A DNA stretch of 64,000 nucleotides, taken from Alphaproteobacteria bacterium (GTDB lineage Bacteria > Pseudomonadota > Alphaproteobacteria > RF32 > CAG-239). Positions within the stretch are counted from its first letter, which is position 1, and every line of letters starts with the position of its first letter. The position numbers were made by a program, and so were the translations under genes. Below are positions 1 through 9,562 of this stretch, one piece after another. The notes beneath the pieces are model-generated. The model ran no database searches. It had not been told where the DNA came from and saw only the letters and a list, made by a program, of their open reading frames with translations. The stretch lies in the NCBI GenBank assembly GCA_017939155.1, contig JAGAZZ010000044.1, forward strand, positions 92,344-156,343, in the 5' to 3' direction.

Positions 1-500
1 ACTACATTTTATCTGTTGTGGAGGCAGAACACGATAAATTTATAAAAATCCCCAGTGAAAGGACGGATAATATAGTTTATCTGGCAAACATTTTAAAAGC
101 GATGGGAGTGGTGCCAAATAATATGAAGATAACACCGGGTACAACAGCGCATTTATACGATGTTCTTGGTAATATGTTCTATATTCGGACAATGCCGCCA
201 AAAATAGAGTTTGCAATGTATCTGAATGCAGGTAAAGATGGTGTATTCAATACCGTTAACATAGCAAAAGAGATTTGTCTTCCTTTATATATGAACGTTT
301 TGTTTCCCAGAGCTCAAAACTTATATGCGACATATCTGATTATGAACCAAGGTTCAACAACCACAAAATACGTCTTTTACGGAGAAAAATCGTGTTCTGC
401 AAAGAGAAAATGTATCAAAAATATAACCATTAACGAGGTGCTTGAAATGTGCAATGCCTGTGAAAATGATAAATATTGCCGCATAGGAGCTAAGTGGTAA
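1..500 (+). CDS. Cys-rich pilin-like family protein, probably 5'-partial at the window edge; paralog of 33330..33983
   Basis: The frame is open from nt 3, so the true start is probably upstream and GTG at 18 is only the ORF-track start. C-terminal motif KRKCIKNITINEVLEMCNACENDKYC aligns with NRKCIKDMSLKDIYEMCSICASDNRYC of the 33330 gene. Confidence 0.45.
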   Translation, partial: YILSVVEAEHDKFIKIPSERTDNIVYLANILKAMGVVPNNMKITPGTTAHLYDVLGNMFYIRTMPPKIEFAMYLNAGKDGVFNTVNIAKEICLPLYMNVLFPRAQNLYATYLIMNQGSTTTKYVFYGEKSCSAKRKCIKNITINEVLEMCNACENDKYCRIGAKW

Positions 501-507
501 AACTAAA

Positions 508-531
508 AAGGAGCCCGAAGGCTCCTTTCTG
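508..531. terminator. Bidirectional intrinsic terminator between convergent ORF1 and ileS
   Basis: Hairpin AAGGAGCC-CGAA-GGCTCCTT flanked by T-rich sequence on both strands. Confidence 0.6.
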
Positions 532-546
532 CTTAACATCAAAGCG

Positions 547-3500
547 TTATGCCGCCTTAATGACGTCAAACTTAATCTCTGAACCGCCGAGTTCGTCCAC
601 GGTCGGCTCATTAAGAGCGTTGTTTTCGCTAATCTCAAGCGCCAAAACCTGCTCTTTAATGTAATCGGCATATTCTGAAACGGCCGCCTTAACTTTGGCA
701 TTATCAGATGAATAGAAAAGCTTAATCCTATCCGTAATGTCAAAGTCTTTGCTTTTGCGCAAAGCTTGAATCATCCGCACAAAGTCACGTGCGATTCCCT
801 CTTTTTCCAAAGCCTCATCAACAGTCGTATCCAAAATCACAACTGCGGTGTTGTCCGGCAACGCTTGTCCGCTCATACCGTCTTTAATAACCAAACGCAA
901 CTCATATTCTTCAGCAAAGAGCGTCTGTCCGGCAATAGCGAGCGTCCCGTCTTCATTTTGGCTCCATTCGTTGGTTTTAGATTTAGCCATAATGTCTTTC
1001 ATGTGTGCGCCCAAACGTTTGCCGATAAGCGGCGTCTTAAGATATAAGAAACGTCCGGCCACATCAGCAATGTCAGATTTTAAGATAACGTCTTTAACAT
1101 TAACCTCATCTTTCAATGCCTCGGCAAAGTCTTTAAGCGTTTCCGCATTATCACCGGCAATCGTCATTGCTCTAAGCGGCAAACGGTTGCGCAGCTTGTG
1201 TTCTTCGCGGATAGCTTTTGCCACCGAAGAAATCGCCCGCACCATATCCATCTGGGCAATTAACGCCGCATTGTCTGCAATGGCGTCTAGATTCGGCACA
1301 TCGGTTAAGTGTACCGATTCGCCGCCGGTTAACCCCTTGTAGACAAACTCACACATAAACGGCATTAACGGCGCCGCGATTTTAGCCACATTAACAAGCA
1401 CGGTATAAAGTGTGTTAAACGCGCTCAAATCTTCGCCATCCCAAAAACGGGCACGAGAGCGGCGGATATACCAGTTGTTCAAAATCTCTAAAAAGTCTTC
1501 AACCGCAACACACGCTCTGGCAATTTCATAGTCGCCCATATCTTTCTTAACCTCAGCCCCGAGTGCTTTAAGTTTTGCTAAGATATAGCTGTCCAAAACA
1601 TCATCTGATTTGCTGATTTCTTCTGCCTTAATCCCTTCCGCATTCGCATAAAGGGTGAAGAAATAATAAGCGTTCCAAAACGGGATAAGCGCTTTGCGCG
1701 CAGCTTTGGCAATTTCTTTGCCCTCTTTGTCAACCGCCACATTGCCGCCTTTTAACACCGGAGAAGAAATCAAAAACCAGCGCAGCGCGTCCGAACCAAT
1801 CGTTTCCAAAATCTCATTCGGGTCAGGATAGTTCTTCAAACGTTTTGAGAGTTTTTGTCCGCCTTCTGCCATCAAAAGCCCCGTGCAGATACAATTCTTA
1901 AACGCCGGCTTGTTATGAAGTGCGGTGGAAAGTACGGTTAAGGTATAAAACCATCCGCGGGTTTGGTCAATCGCTTCAACAATAAAATCTGCCGGAAAGT
2001 GATTTTCAAACCATTCCTTATTATCAAACGGGTAGTGCACTTGCGCATACGGCATAGACCCGCTTTCAAACCAGCAGTCAAACACATCCGGCACACGCCT
2101 CATCATTGTTTTACCTGTTGGGTCATCAGGATTCGGATAAACCACATCGTCAATATACGGCTTGTGCAGATTATCAACATTAAAGCCGGTCTTTTCTTTA
2201 ATCTCTTCAACCGAACCAAACACGTCGATTCGCGGAAACTTCGGGTTATCTGATTTCCAAACCGGAATAGGTGTTCCCCAAAAACGGTTACGCGAAATTG
2301 ACCAGTCACGTGCACCCTCAAGCCATTTGCCGAAACGTCCGTCTTTAATATGCCCCGGAATCCAGTTAATCTCCTGATTGTTTTTAACCATATCATCACG
2401 AAAATCCGTCACTTTCACAAACCAGCTCGACATCGCCTTATACATCAACGGTGTATCTGTACGCCAGCAGAACGGATAAGAGTGGGTGTATTGTTCTTTT
2501 TTGACAAGCAAACCGTTTTCTTTCAGCCATTGCATAATCGGTTCATTAGTTTCAAACACTTGCTTGCCTTCATAATCAGGAATTTCAGCCGTAAATTTAC
2601 CCGCTTCATCAACCGGGCAGACAACCGGAAAGTTCTCATCGTATGCACGACAAGCTTCAAAGTCATCTTGACCAAACCCCGGAGCAATGTGAACAACGCC
2701 CGTGCCGTCTTCGGTTGACACAAAATCACCCGCCAGCACCCTAAAAGCGCCTTTTTCCGCCAAATGCTTAAAATAAGGGAACATCGGCTTATAGCTCATT
2801 CCGATAAGCTCGGAACCTTTAATCTTTTTAACTATCGTGGCGTTTTGCAACTGTTTTTTATAGCTGCTCAAACGCGCTTCGGCCAAGATATATTCCTGTC
2901 CGTTTTCGCTCATCACAACATAATCAATGTCTTTGCCGACAGCAAGCATTAAGTTAGAGGGAAGAGTCCACGGCGTTGTAGTCCACACCAAGATAATAGC
3001 ACCGTTTTCAAGCTTAAACATAACCGTAATCGCATTATCGGTTTTATCCTGATAGCCCAAATTAACCTCGAAATTGGAAAGCGGTGTTTCCGCCGCCCAG
3101 GAATATGGCAAAACGCGGTAATCTTCATACACCAGCCCCTTGTCATAAAGTTCTTTAAAATTATGGATAACGCTTTCCATAAACGACAAATTCATCGTCT
3201 TATAGTCGTGGTTAAAGTCAACCCAACGTCCGATACGTTTAAACATATCAACCCAAATATTGGAATATTTTAAAACGTCTGTCCGGCAAAAGTCATTAAA
3301 CTTCTCAATACCGAAGCTCTCAATCTGCTTACGTCCCGAAACGCCAAGCTGTTTTTCCGCCGACATCTCAGCCGGCAAACCATGGCAGTCCCAGCCCAAA
3401 CGACGCTCAACCTTTTTGCCGTTCATTGTCTGAAAACGGGCAACCGCATCTTTAACGTATGACACCATAATATGTCCATAGTGTGGTGTGCCGTTGGCAA

Positions 3501-3663
3501 ACGGAGGACCGTCATAAAACACAAATTCTGCCGCGCCGTCGCGATTATGCACGGATTTTTCAAAAGTTTTGTCTTCTTCCCAAAAATTAAGGATATTTTT
3601 TTCCATTTCCGGAAAGTTTATTTTTGCATTTAATTCAGGGTAATATTTTTTCTTTTCAGTCAT
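547..3663 (-). CDS. ileS: Isoleucine--tRNA ligase, type 2 (eukaryote-like, ~1040 aa)
   Basis: HIGH motif (PPFANGTPHYGH), KMSKS-like KLSKR, length 1038 aa, class I editing-domain architecture. Confidence 0.95.
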   Translation of the reverse strand: MTEKKKYYPELNAKINFPEMEKNILNFWEEDKTFEKSVHNRDGAAEFVFYDGPPFANGTPHYGHIMVSYVKDAVARFQTMNGKKVERRLGWDCHGLPAEMSAEKQLGVSGRKQIESFGIEKFNDFCRTDVLKYSNIWVDMFKRIGRWVDFNHDYKTMNLSFMESVIHNFKELYDKGLVYEDYRVLPYSWAAETPLSNFEVNLGYQDKTDNAITVMFKLENGAIILVWTTTPWTLPSNLMLAVGKDIDYVVMSENGQEYILAEARLSSYKKQLQNATIVKKIKGSELIGMSYKPMFPYFKHLAEKGAFRVLAGDFVSTEDGTGVVHIAPGFGQDDFEACRAYDENFPVVCPVDEAGKFTAEIPDYEGKQVFETNEPIMQWLKENGLLVKKEQYTHSYPFCWRTDTPLMYKAMSSWFVKVTDFRDDMVKNNQEINWIPGHIKDGRFGKWLEGARDWSISRNRFWGTPIPVWKSDNPKFPRIDVFGSVEEIKEKTGFNVDNLHKPYIDDVVYPNPDDPTGKTMMRRVPDVFDCWFESGSMPYAQVHYPFDNKEWFENHFPADFIVEAIDQTRGWFYTLTVLSTALHNKPAFKNCICTGLLMAEGGQKLSKRLKNYPDPNEILETIGSDALRWFLISSPVLKGGNVAVDKEGKEIAKAARKALIPFWNAYYFFTLYANAEGIKAEEISKSDDVLDSYILAKLKALGAEVKKDMGDYEIARACVAVEDFLEILNNWYIRRSRARFWDGEDLSAFNTLYTVLVNVAKIAAPLMPFMCEFVYKGLTGGESVHLTDVPNLDAIADNAALIAQMDMVRAISSVAKAIREEHKLRNRLPLRAMTIAGDNAETLKDFAEALKDEVNVKDVILKSDIADVAGRFLYLKTPLIGKRLGAHMKDIMAKSKTNEWSQNEDGTLAIAGQTLFAEEYELRLVIKDGMSGQALPDNTAVVILDTTVDEALEKEGIARDFVRMIQALRKSKDFDITDRIKLFYSSDNAKVKAAVSEYADYIKEQVLALEISENNALNEPTVDELGGSEIKFDVIKAA

Positions 3664-3797
3664 CTTAAAAATTCCTAAAACTCACAAACTTTTGCTACAA
3701 TAAAGTCAAATTCACACAAAATCAAGTGCAATTTAAAAAACATCAGAATCTTAACTTAATTTTTAAACATTTTATTCTAAAATAATTCCAAAAGAAT

Positions 3798-6700
3798 ATG
3801 AATAACTTTATGTTTGCAGGCAAGTCTATGAAAATAAAAAGAAAAATATTTGTAATGGCAGTAGCCGTTTTGTCCTCTTTAGCCTTTACTGTGCAAGCTC
3901 AAGGCGAAAGAATAACGGTTGCTGAGGCGTATTATGAACTTGCCAAACAAAATAATATGGGAAAAATCGAAAGGTTGCAGCATCGCGGCTATTCAATAGA
4001 AAGTGTTGATAAAAATGGCAATAACGCTGTTTGCTTAGCTGTGATAAATGAGAACAAACCCGCCTATAAACTATTGGTGTCTTATGGGGCAAAGCCAAAA
4101 CCGGTATGTCTTAATAATGTTTCAAAAAGGGTATATCAACGTTTCTTTGGTGCACTGCCGGAGCAAAATACCGCTAAAGTTTATATCCCCGATGAACCTT
4201 ATATGATAGGTGCCGCTGTTCTTGGTGCCGGCGCTGTTGCCGCGGCTTTTGCTCTAAAAGGAAGCACGGGCGGAGGCAGTGGAGATTCCGGCGATGATAA
4301 TCCGGATACTCCAAATCCGCCGACACCTGAACAGCCGGATTGTCCGGCCAACAGTACATATAATACTCAAACCAAGCTCTGCGAGTGTTGGAGTGGTTTT
4401 GGTCATTTTGGCGATGAAAAAAACTGCTATGCAACAGTTGTAAATTGTAAACACCAAAACAAAGATAAATGTAATGAATGTAATTCAGGCTTCTATTTAA
4501 GCGATAATGTCTGCTATAACCCTATCTTAAATTGTAAAACTCAAACTGGTCGGATTTGTAACGAGTGTAATAGCGGTTATGGCACGCATAACGGCGATAA
4601 AACAAAATGTTATCAAAATATAGAAAATTGCAGAATCCAACAGGAAAACAAATGTAGCCAATGTAATTCAGGCTACGGTACGTTTGGGGATGACAGCAAA
4701 TGTTATAAAAAAATAGAAAATTGTGATATTCAGATACAAGATACGTGTAGGCAGTGTGTGTCGGGATATTCTACGCTGGATTCGCCAACGGCAGATTTCT
4801 GTTATAAAGAAAATCCCTGCGCAGCCTATCCGAATACTTTTCCCAAACGCGATGGCGAAAATGTTGAGTGTATCTGTAATTATAATAAGGGATACACAGG
4901 AGAAAAAGAAAATTGCACGCAAACCGATGGCGGAAATTATCAGGAAGGTCAAGGTAATATGGAAGAGTGGAATAACTTAAACGAACTTTATTGCTCTTCA
5001 CACGGCAGATATAACATATCAACCTCAGCAGAACAACCCAAATGTATCTGCTTTGATGGGTACACAGGCGACTCTTGCGAGCGTTGCGATGAACCAAAAT
5101 ATAAAGATTTCGGCGGTTCGGGAATTTGTTACTTAAATTTGGATTGTGAAAATACCAGAGGTCCCGAGTATACTCAAGCCCAAAATAAATGTATTTGCAA
5201 AGACGGTTATTTTTCACATAATGGTAATTGCAGTCCTGTTGTTGATTGCACCGTTATCGGCGCCAACTATACGCAGGTCGAACCTGGACCGGACCCTGAA
5301 AAAGCTTGTGCTTGTAAACCCAATTTTGATGAAAATTGCGAAAACTGTTTGCCGGGTTTTGTTTTAGATAATGGCTCTTGCATCCGAACGGAATATATAT
5401 GTGATGAAAAGTGGACGGGTGAAAACTGTGATGTTTGTCCGTCACAGTATGAAATAACAGTAGACAGTAATGGTGAACATTGTGGTCAAAAATGTGCTTT
5501 AAACAGAGAGCCGATAGAAGATAATCCGGAATGTGAAAATTGTGCGCCGGGGTACGAATGGAGCAATTTAGATAAAACTTGTGTTGTGACGGAGTGTTCG
5601 TCCGGTGTTGATGGTTATATTAAAACCGAAGACGGAGCTTGCGTTTGTGATACGGCTAACGGCTGGGCAATGTCCCCGTTGGGGCGTTGCGAAAAAAAAG
5701 GACCGGATTATGTCGGCTTAAAAGACTCAAACATAAATAACAGTACCATAACGATGGAAAACGACGGCTACAGAGATGAATTTCGCGATGTCTACGGAAT
5801 GAAACCCGTGTTGGCTGAAAACGAAGACGGCACGGCAGAATATTATGATAATGTCTACAACGCCTTGGCTTCTTCTGGGCAAAAGCAAACCGCCGAAATT
5901 AATATTACAAATAAAAATACCGGCGCCAACTCTGTTTATGGCATATATTCTCCGTCAGTTATCTATAATGCAGGGGCAATCAGTAGCCAAAAGGCGCAAA
6001 CGGAAGCTACCGGAACTATCAAAATAAATGATACAAATACTTCATCAGCATTATACGGAATTTATAATGATACCTCTGATAGCATTTATAATGCTTTTGC
6101 CTATACAAATGCTTCGGGAACACTGACAGACCCATCGCAAAGCACAGCAAATGCCTCAATACTCTTAAATAAATATAATACCTCATCCGAAAATGGAACA
6201 ATTGTCAATTTGGGTAATATAACAGGTATTGAAGGGGCAGGAAATATTTATAATGCCTACGCAAACACAACGGGAGGCTCAGCCGCAAATGTTAGCGCTG
6301 ACGGATTAATTTCAATGACACATGAAGGTTCAGGAACAGTAATCGGAATAAGGGGAGATAATGCTCAAGCTCGTGTCAACAATGCTCTGTCATATTTAGA
6401 TTCGGCTGTTTCTAACGCTGTCTCAAGCGGAAAAATTATATTATCGGGAAGTGGAGATGTTTATGGTATCCATGCTAACGGAAGTGTAGCAAATAGTGAA
6501 ACACAATTTAATAAAAGTTATAATGAAGTTAATGGATTCCATAAAGATTTTCGCGCCGAAGGCTTGATTGACGTAACAACCAGCTCAGACAGAAAAGCCG
6601 CCTATGGTATTTATGTCCCGGAAGGCGGGGAAAATAAGGTTGATGTTTATAATGCTATCGGCTACAAAAGCACCGGACAAATAAAAGCCACCAATACCGG

Positions 6701-9425
6701 AGGGGGAAGTGTATTCGGTATATGGAACGGAGCGGCAACCTATATGGGTGAAAACGAAGATAAAGAAATCGCAAGAATTTATAATAATACCTATAACGCA
6801 TTTCGTTCGTCCGCTCGCTATGGAGAAGACAATGTTGCATCAGAAGGCAAGATAGAACTGGATATTTCCGGTCGTAGCACTGCTCTTCAAAATGCAGTAG
6901 GGTTATATGCGGCAGGTGATGCGTTTAATGCGTATGCTCAATCAGGGTCAGATGTTAAATTGGAATCTTTGGGAAGTATTGTCATAAATGATGCAAGCTT
7001 GACATCAAACATCGTTCTAAAAGGTATGGATGGAGAAGGGGCAACTGTTGCCAATGCTTATAGTGTTGCGCCTAAAAATACAATTAATAATAACACCTCA
7101 ACCGTCGTAAAAGGAAATATTGATATAAATGTCACCTCGCCTAAAGATGGTTCAATCGGCAGAGCCTATGGTATTTATAACGCAAAATCGGTACCGATGA
7201 TAGCAACGATATATAATGCGGCTCTTGTGAATAATACCAATACGGTTGAAGGAAAAATAAATATTACCACGCCAAAAGACCGAGATACATTTAGCAAAAT
7301 GTACGGAATTTATAGTTCAACCTATGAAAGTAACGGGGGGAATAGTGCCGAGGCACAGCCTAAAATCGTATATAACGCATATTACGGCAATGATGATAAA
7401 ACTCAAACCAAAGGTTCGGTACTTGGTGAAATTAATATAACAGCCGGAGGTAAAAGCGCGGCAAGTGATGCTGAATATTATGGTATTTATCTTGATGGCG
7501 GTACAAACGGTTTTAAGGAAAGTGCGGCATACAATGCTTATTCAAGTAATGATGCGGCAGATGTTACAGGAAAAATTAACGTTGATGTCATAGGGGGAAC
7601 CAATAGCGGAACGGCAGCCGGTATGTATGGTAAAAACGCCCGCTTATACAACGATGGCACAAAATCTACAATTACGGTAAAAGCTTCGCAATATGGCACC
7701 AATGCGTATGGTATGTTGGGTGATAGTTCATATCTCTATAATAATGCGGTTATTAATACGGAAAATAAAAATTATGCCGCTTATGGAATGAGTGCATTAA
7801 ACGGAGATGCTATAAACGATGTCAACGGCGTAATTAATGTTAACGGCAAAACGGCAAGCTATGGTATATATGTTAAATCCGATTCGGATGTCACATCAGC
7901 TAAAGCCGTAAACAAAGGCATAATAAATGTTCTAGGGGAAGGTGAAAATTATGGAATTTATGCCTCTGGTGCAAACGCAACCGTTGAAAATAAAGGTACC
8001 ATCACAATTAACGGTCAAACGTGCGATGGTAATGATTGTAATGGCGGTAAAGCAATATGGTTAGATAATGGTGCAAAGTTGGTCAATAGCGGCGTAACAG
8101 AAAGTTCGTCAAACTTAGACTTTGCAGCAATGGGCGGCGAGGTTATTCTTGATAAAGGCGGAAAATTTATAGCAAAAGAAAAAATAAGCGGAAATCTCAA
8201 TATTTCGCAAAATACAATAAAAGATACTTTTGCTACAAAAAAAATTCTGCACGATGCCATTACGGCAGAGAATATTGAAGATTTAAACGTTAATTCGCTT
8301 TCATATCTTTACGACGCTAAGCTTGTAGATAATCAAAATGGTAGTTATGACGCAGAAATGTCATTAAAAGATTTGACAACAATAATGGATAAAAGTCAGG
8401 CAAATTATCTCAACAAAAATTTCCAAAACAAAAAGAATCAGGAACTCTTTAATATCTTAACGTCTGCACGAAATGCGCAAGAAGAACAAAAAATAAGAAC
8501 TTCGGTTATGGGAACGGATATGCTCCCCAACATCGCCGAAGAAGAGCTTAAAGTGCAAAGAAGTCTTGATAAAACAATGATGGATGAGTTATTTAAAAAT
8601 AAAAATGAAGATATGCGCAAAATAGTAGGCGGAAATTTAGAATATTTAGGGCAGGATGACCGCGGCACGCTAACCGGATATGACTTGACCTCAGAGAGTA
8701 TGTACGCCCTCTATGACCAAAAGCTTGATAACAATTATCGCCTAGGTTTGGGTTTGAGCTTCACGCATACCGATACTGACTATAATAATGACTCCAGTCG
8801 TAAAAACTTTATGGTTCAAGGCTATGTCCCGTTGACTTATACAAATAATAACGGTTTAACTGCCGTAACAATGGCGCGGCTCGGCTATGCCGACGGAGAT
8901 TACAGCCGCCGAGGTTATAACCGCACCTACAAAGCCGATACCACCGAAATAACCTACGGCTTGTTAAATGAGGTTCGCTATACCATAGATTTGGGACTTG
9001 TTAATTTAACTCCGTTTGCCAGACTAAATGCTGTCGGTTGGTATATGGATTCAGCCAATGAAGATGGCGATGATTTAGCCTTAGAATTAGCCTCAAACCA
9101 TGTTTTCTCATTAGAAAGCGCATTAGGCTTGTATCTTGATAAAGAAATTGAATTTAGCGATGTAAGTAAGCTCTCAACCATCTTGGGAATAGGGTGGTAT
9201 CATGAGTTCGCCGACCCATATCGCGGTTTTGATGCAACCCACAAAGCAAGTCGGTATTCATATAGGTTGAGGGATAAAGGTCACTTAAACTCGCGCAATC
9301 GCGGTATCTTATCTGCCAAAGTTAATTACGATTATAAAGATTTTTCAATCTATGGCGAATTAATGCAATACTTGGAAGACGGACACCCGCTAAAAGTCGA
9401 AGGCGGCCTGAAATATCGTTTTTGA
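3798..9425 (+). CDS. Giant type Va autotransporter with an ankyrin repeat, Cys-rich/EGF-like modules, a YGIY-repeat passenger and a C-terminal beta-barrel
   Basis: N-terminal signal peptide (alternative start M at 3828). ANK-like DKNGNNAVCLAVINENKPAYKLLVSYGAKP. Tandem C..CNSGYG..C modules and C.C..GYTG..C EGF-like modules. Passenger with reiterated YGIY...YNA motifs. C-terminus LGLGLSF...KYRF is typical of an autotransporter translocator. Confidence 0.85.
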   Translation: MNNFMFAGKSMKIKRKIFVMAVAVLSSLAFTVQAQGERITVAEAYYELAKQNNMGKIERLQHRGYSIESVDKNGNNAVCLAVINENKPAYKLLVSYGAKPKPVCLNNVSKRVYQRFFGALPEQNTAKVYIPDEPYMIGAAVLGAGAVAAAFALKGSTGGGSGDSGDDNPDTPNPPTPEQPDCPANSTYNTQTKLCECWSGFGHFGDEKNCYATVVNCKHQNKDKCNECNSGFYLSDNVCYNPILNCKTQTGRICNECNSGYGTHNGDKTKCYQNIENCRIQQENKCSQCNSGYGTFGDDSKCYKKIENCDIQIQDTCRQCVSGYSTLDSPTADFCYKENPCAAYPNTFPKRDGENVECICNYNKGYTGEKENCTQTDGGNYQEGQGNMEEWNNLNELYCSSHGRYNISTSAEQPKCICFDGYTGDSCERCDEPKYKDFGGSGICYLNLDCENTRGPEYTQAQNKCICKDGYFSHNGNCSPVVDCTVIGANYTQVEPGPDPEKACACKPNFDENCENCLPGFVLDNGSCIRTEYICDEKWTGENCDVCPSQYEITVDSNGEHCGQKCALNREPIEDNPECENCAPGYEWSNLDKTCVVTECSSGVDGYIKTEDGACVCDTANGWAMSPLGRCEKKGPDYVGLKDSNINNSTITMENDGYRDEFRDVYGMKPVLAENEDGTAEYYDNVYNALASSGQKQTAEINITNKNTGANSVYGIYSPSVIYNAGAISSQKAQTEATGTIKINDTNTSSALYGIYNDTSDSIYNAFAYTNASGTLTDPSQSTANASILLNKYNTSSENGTIVNLGNITGIEGAGNIYNAYANTTGGSAANVSADGLISMTHEGSGTVIGIRGDNAQARVNNALSYLDSAVSNAVSSGKIILSGSGDVYGIHANGSVANSETQFNKSYNEVNGFHKDFRAEGLIDVTTSSDRKAAYGIYVPEGGENKVDVYNAIGYKSTGQIKATNTGGGSVFGIWNGAATYMGENEDKEIARIYNNTYNAFRSSARYGEDNVASEGKIELDISGRSTALQNAVGLYAAGDAFNAYAQSGSDVKLESLGSIVINDASLTSNIVLKGMDGEGATVANAYSVAPKNTINNNTSTVVKGNIDINVTSPKDGSIGRAYGIYNAKSVPMIATIYNAALVNNTNTVEGKINITTPKDRDTFSKMYGIYSSTYESNGGNSAEAQPKIVYNAYYGNDDKTQTKGSVLGEINITAGGKSAASDAEYYGIYLDGGTNGFKESAAYNAYSSNDAADVTGKINVDVIGGTNSGTAAGMYGKNARLYNDGTKSTITVKASQYGTNAYGMLGDSSYLYNNAVINTENKNYAAYGMSALNGDAINDVNGVINVNGKTASYGIYVKSDSDVTSAKAVNKGIINVLGEGENYGIYASGANATVENKGTITINGQTCDGNDCNGGKAIWLDNGAKLVNSGVTESSSNLDFAAMGGEVILDKGGKFIAKEKISGNLNISQNTIKDTFATKKILHDAITAENIEDLNVNSLSYLYDAKLVDNQNGSYDAEMSLKDLTTIMDKSQANYLNKNFQNKKNQELFNILTSARNAQEEQKIRTSVMGTDMLPNIAEEELKVQRSLDKTMMDELFKNKNEDMRKIVGGNLEYLGQDDRGTLTGYDLTSESMYALYDQKLDNNYRLGLGLSFTHTDTDYNNDSSRKNFMVQGYVPLTYTNNNGLTAVTMARLGYADGDYSRRGYNRTYKADTTEITYGLLNEVRYTIDLGLVNLTPFARLNAVGWYMDSANEDGDDLALELASNHVFSLESALGLYLDKEIEFSDVSKLSTILGIGWYHEFADPYRGFDATHKASRYSYRLRDKGHLNSRNRGILSAKVNYDYKDFSIYGELMQYLEDGHPLKVEGGLKYRF

Positions 9426-9514
9426 TAAAAAATGAAAATAAAATCAAAAAAAAGCTTTCCTTTTAAATTTAATGTGTTATAAAGCAAACATAATCTTTCA
9501 TAGTTGACTTGAAA

Positions 9515-9538
9515 GTGGGGCAATACCCCGCTTTTTTT
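9515..9538 (+). terminator. Intrinsic terminator after the autotransporter gene
   Basis: GTGGGG-CAATA-CCCCGC hairpin followed by T7. Confidence 0.6.
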
Positions 9539-9562
9539 GTTAAAAAAATAAAGGAGAACGTA

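Noticed and set aside
354-743. 129-aa minus-strand ORF spanning the ORF1/ileS terminator region
   Set aside because: It overlaps the 3' ends of two supported genes and the bidirectional terminator; likely spurious.
9509-9562. Upstream in-frame extensions of rimP (9509), the MtaB-like gene (28828), 40650, msbA-like (41503), nagB (61378), GT8 (26858), pilin-like (33309) and AlkD-like (62198) given by the ORF track
   Set aside because: Downstream ATG codons with properly spaced AAGGAG-like RBSs and N-termini matching family starts are more plausible. The longer versions start at weak TTG or ATG without an RBS.
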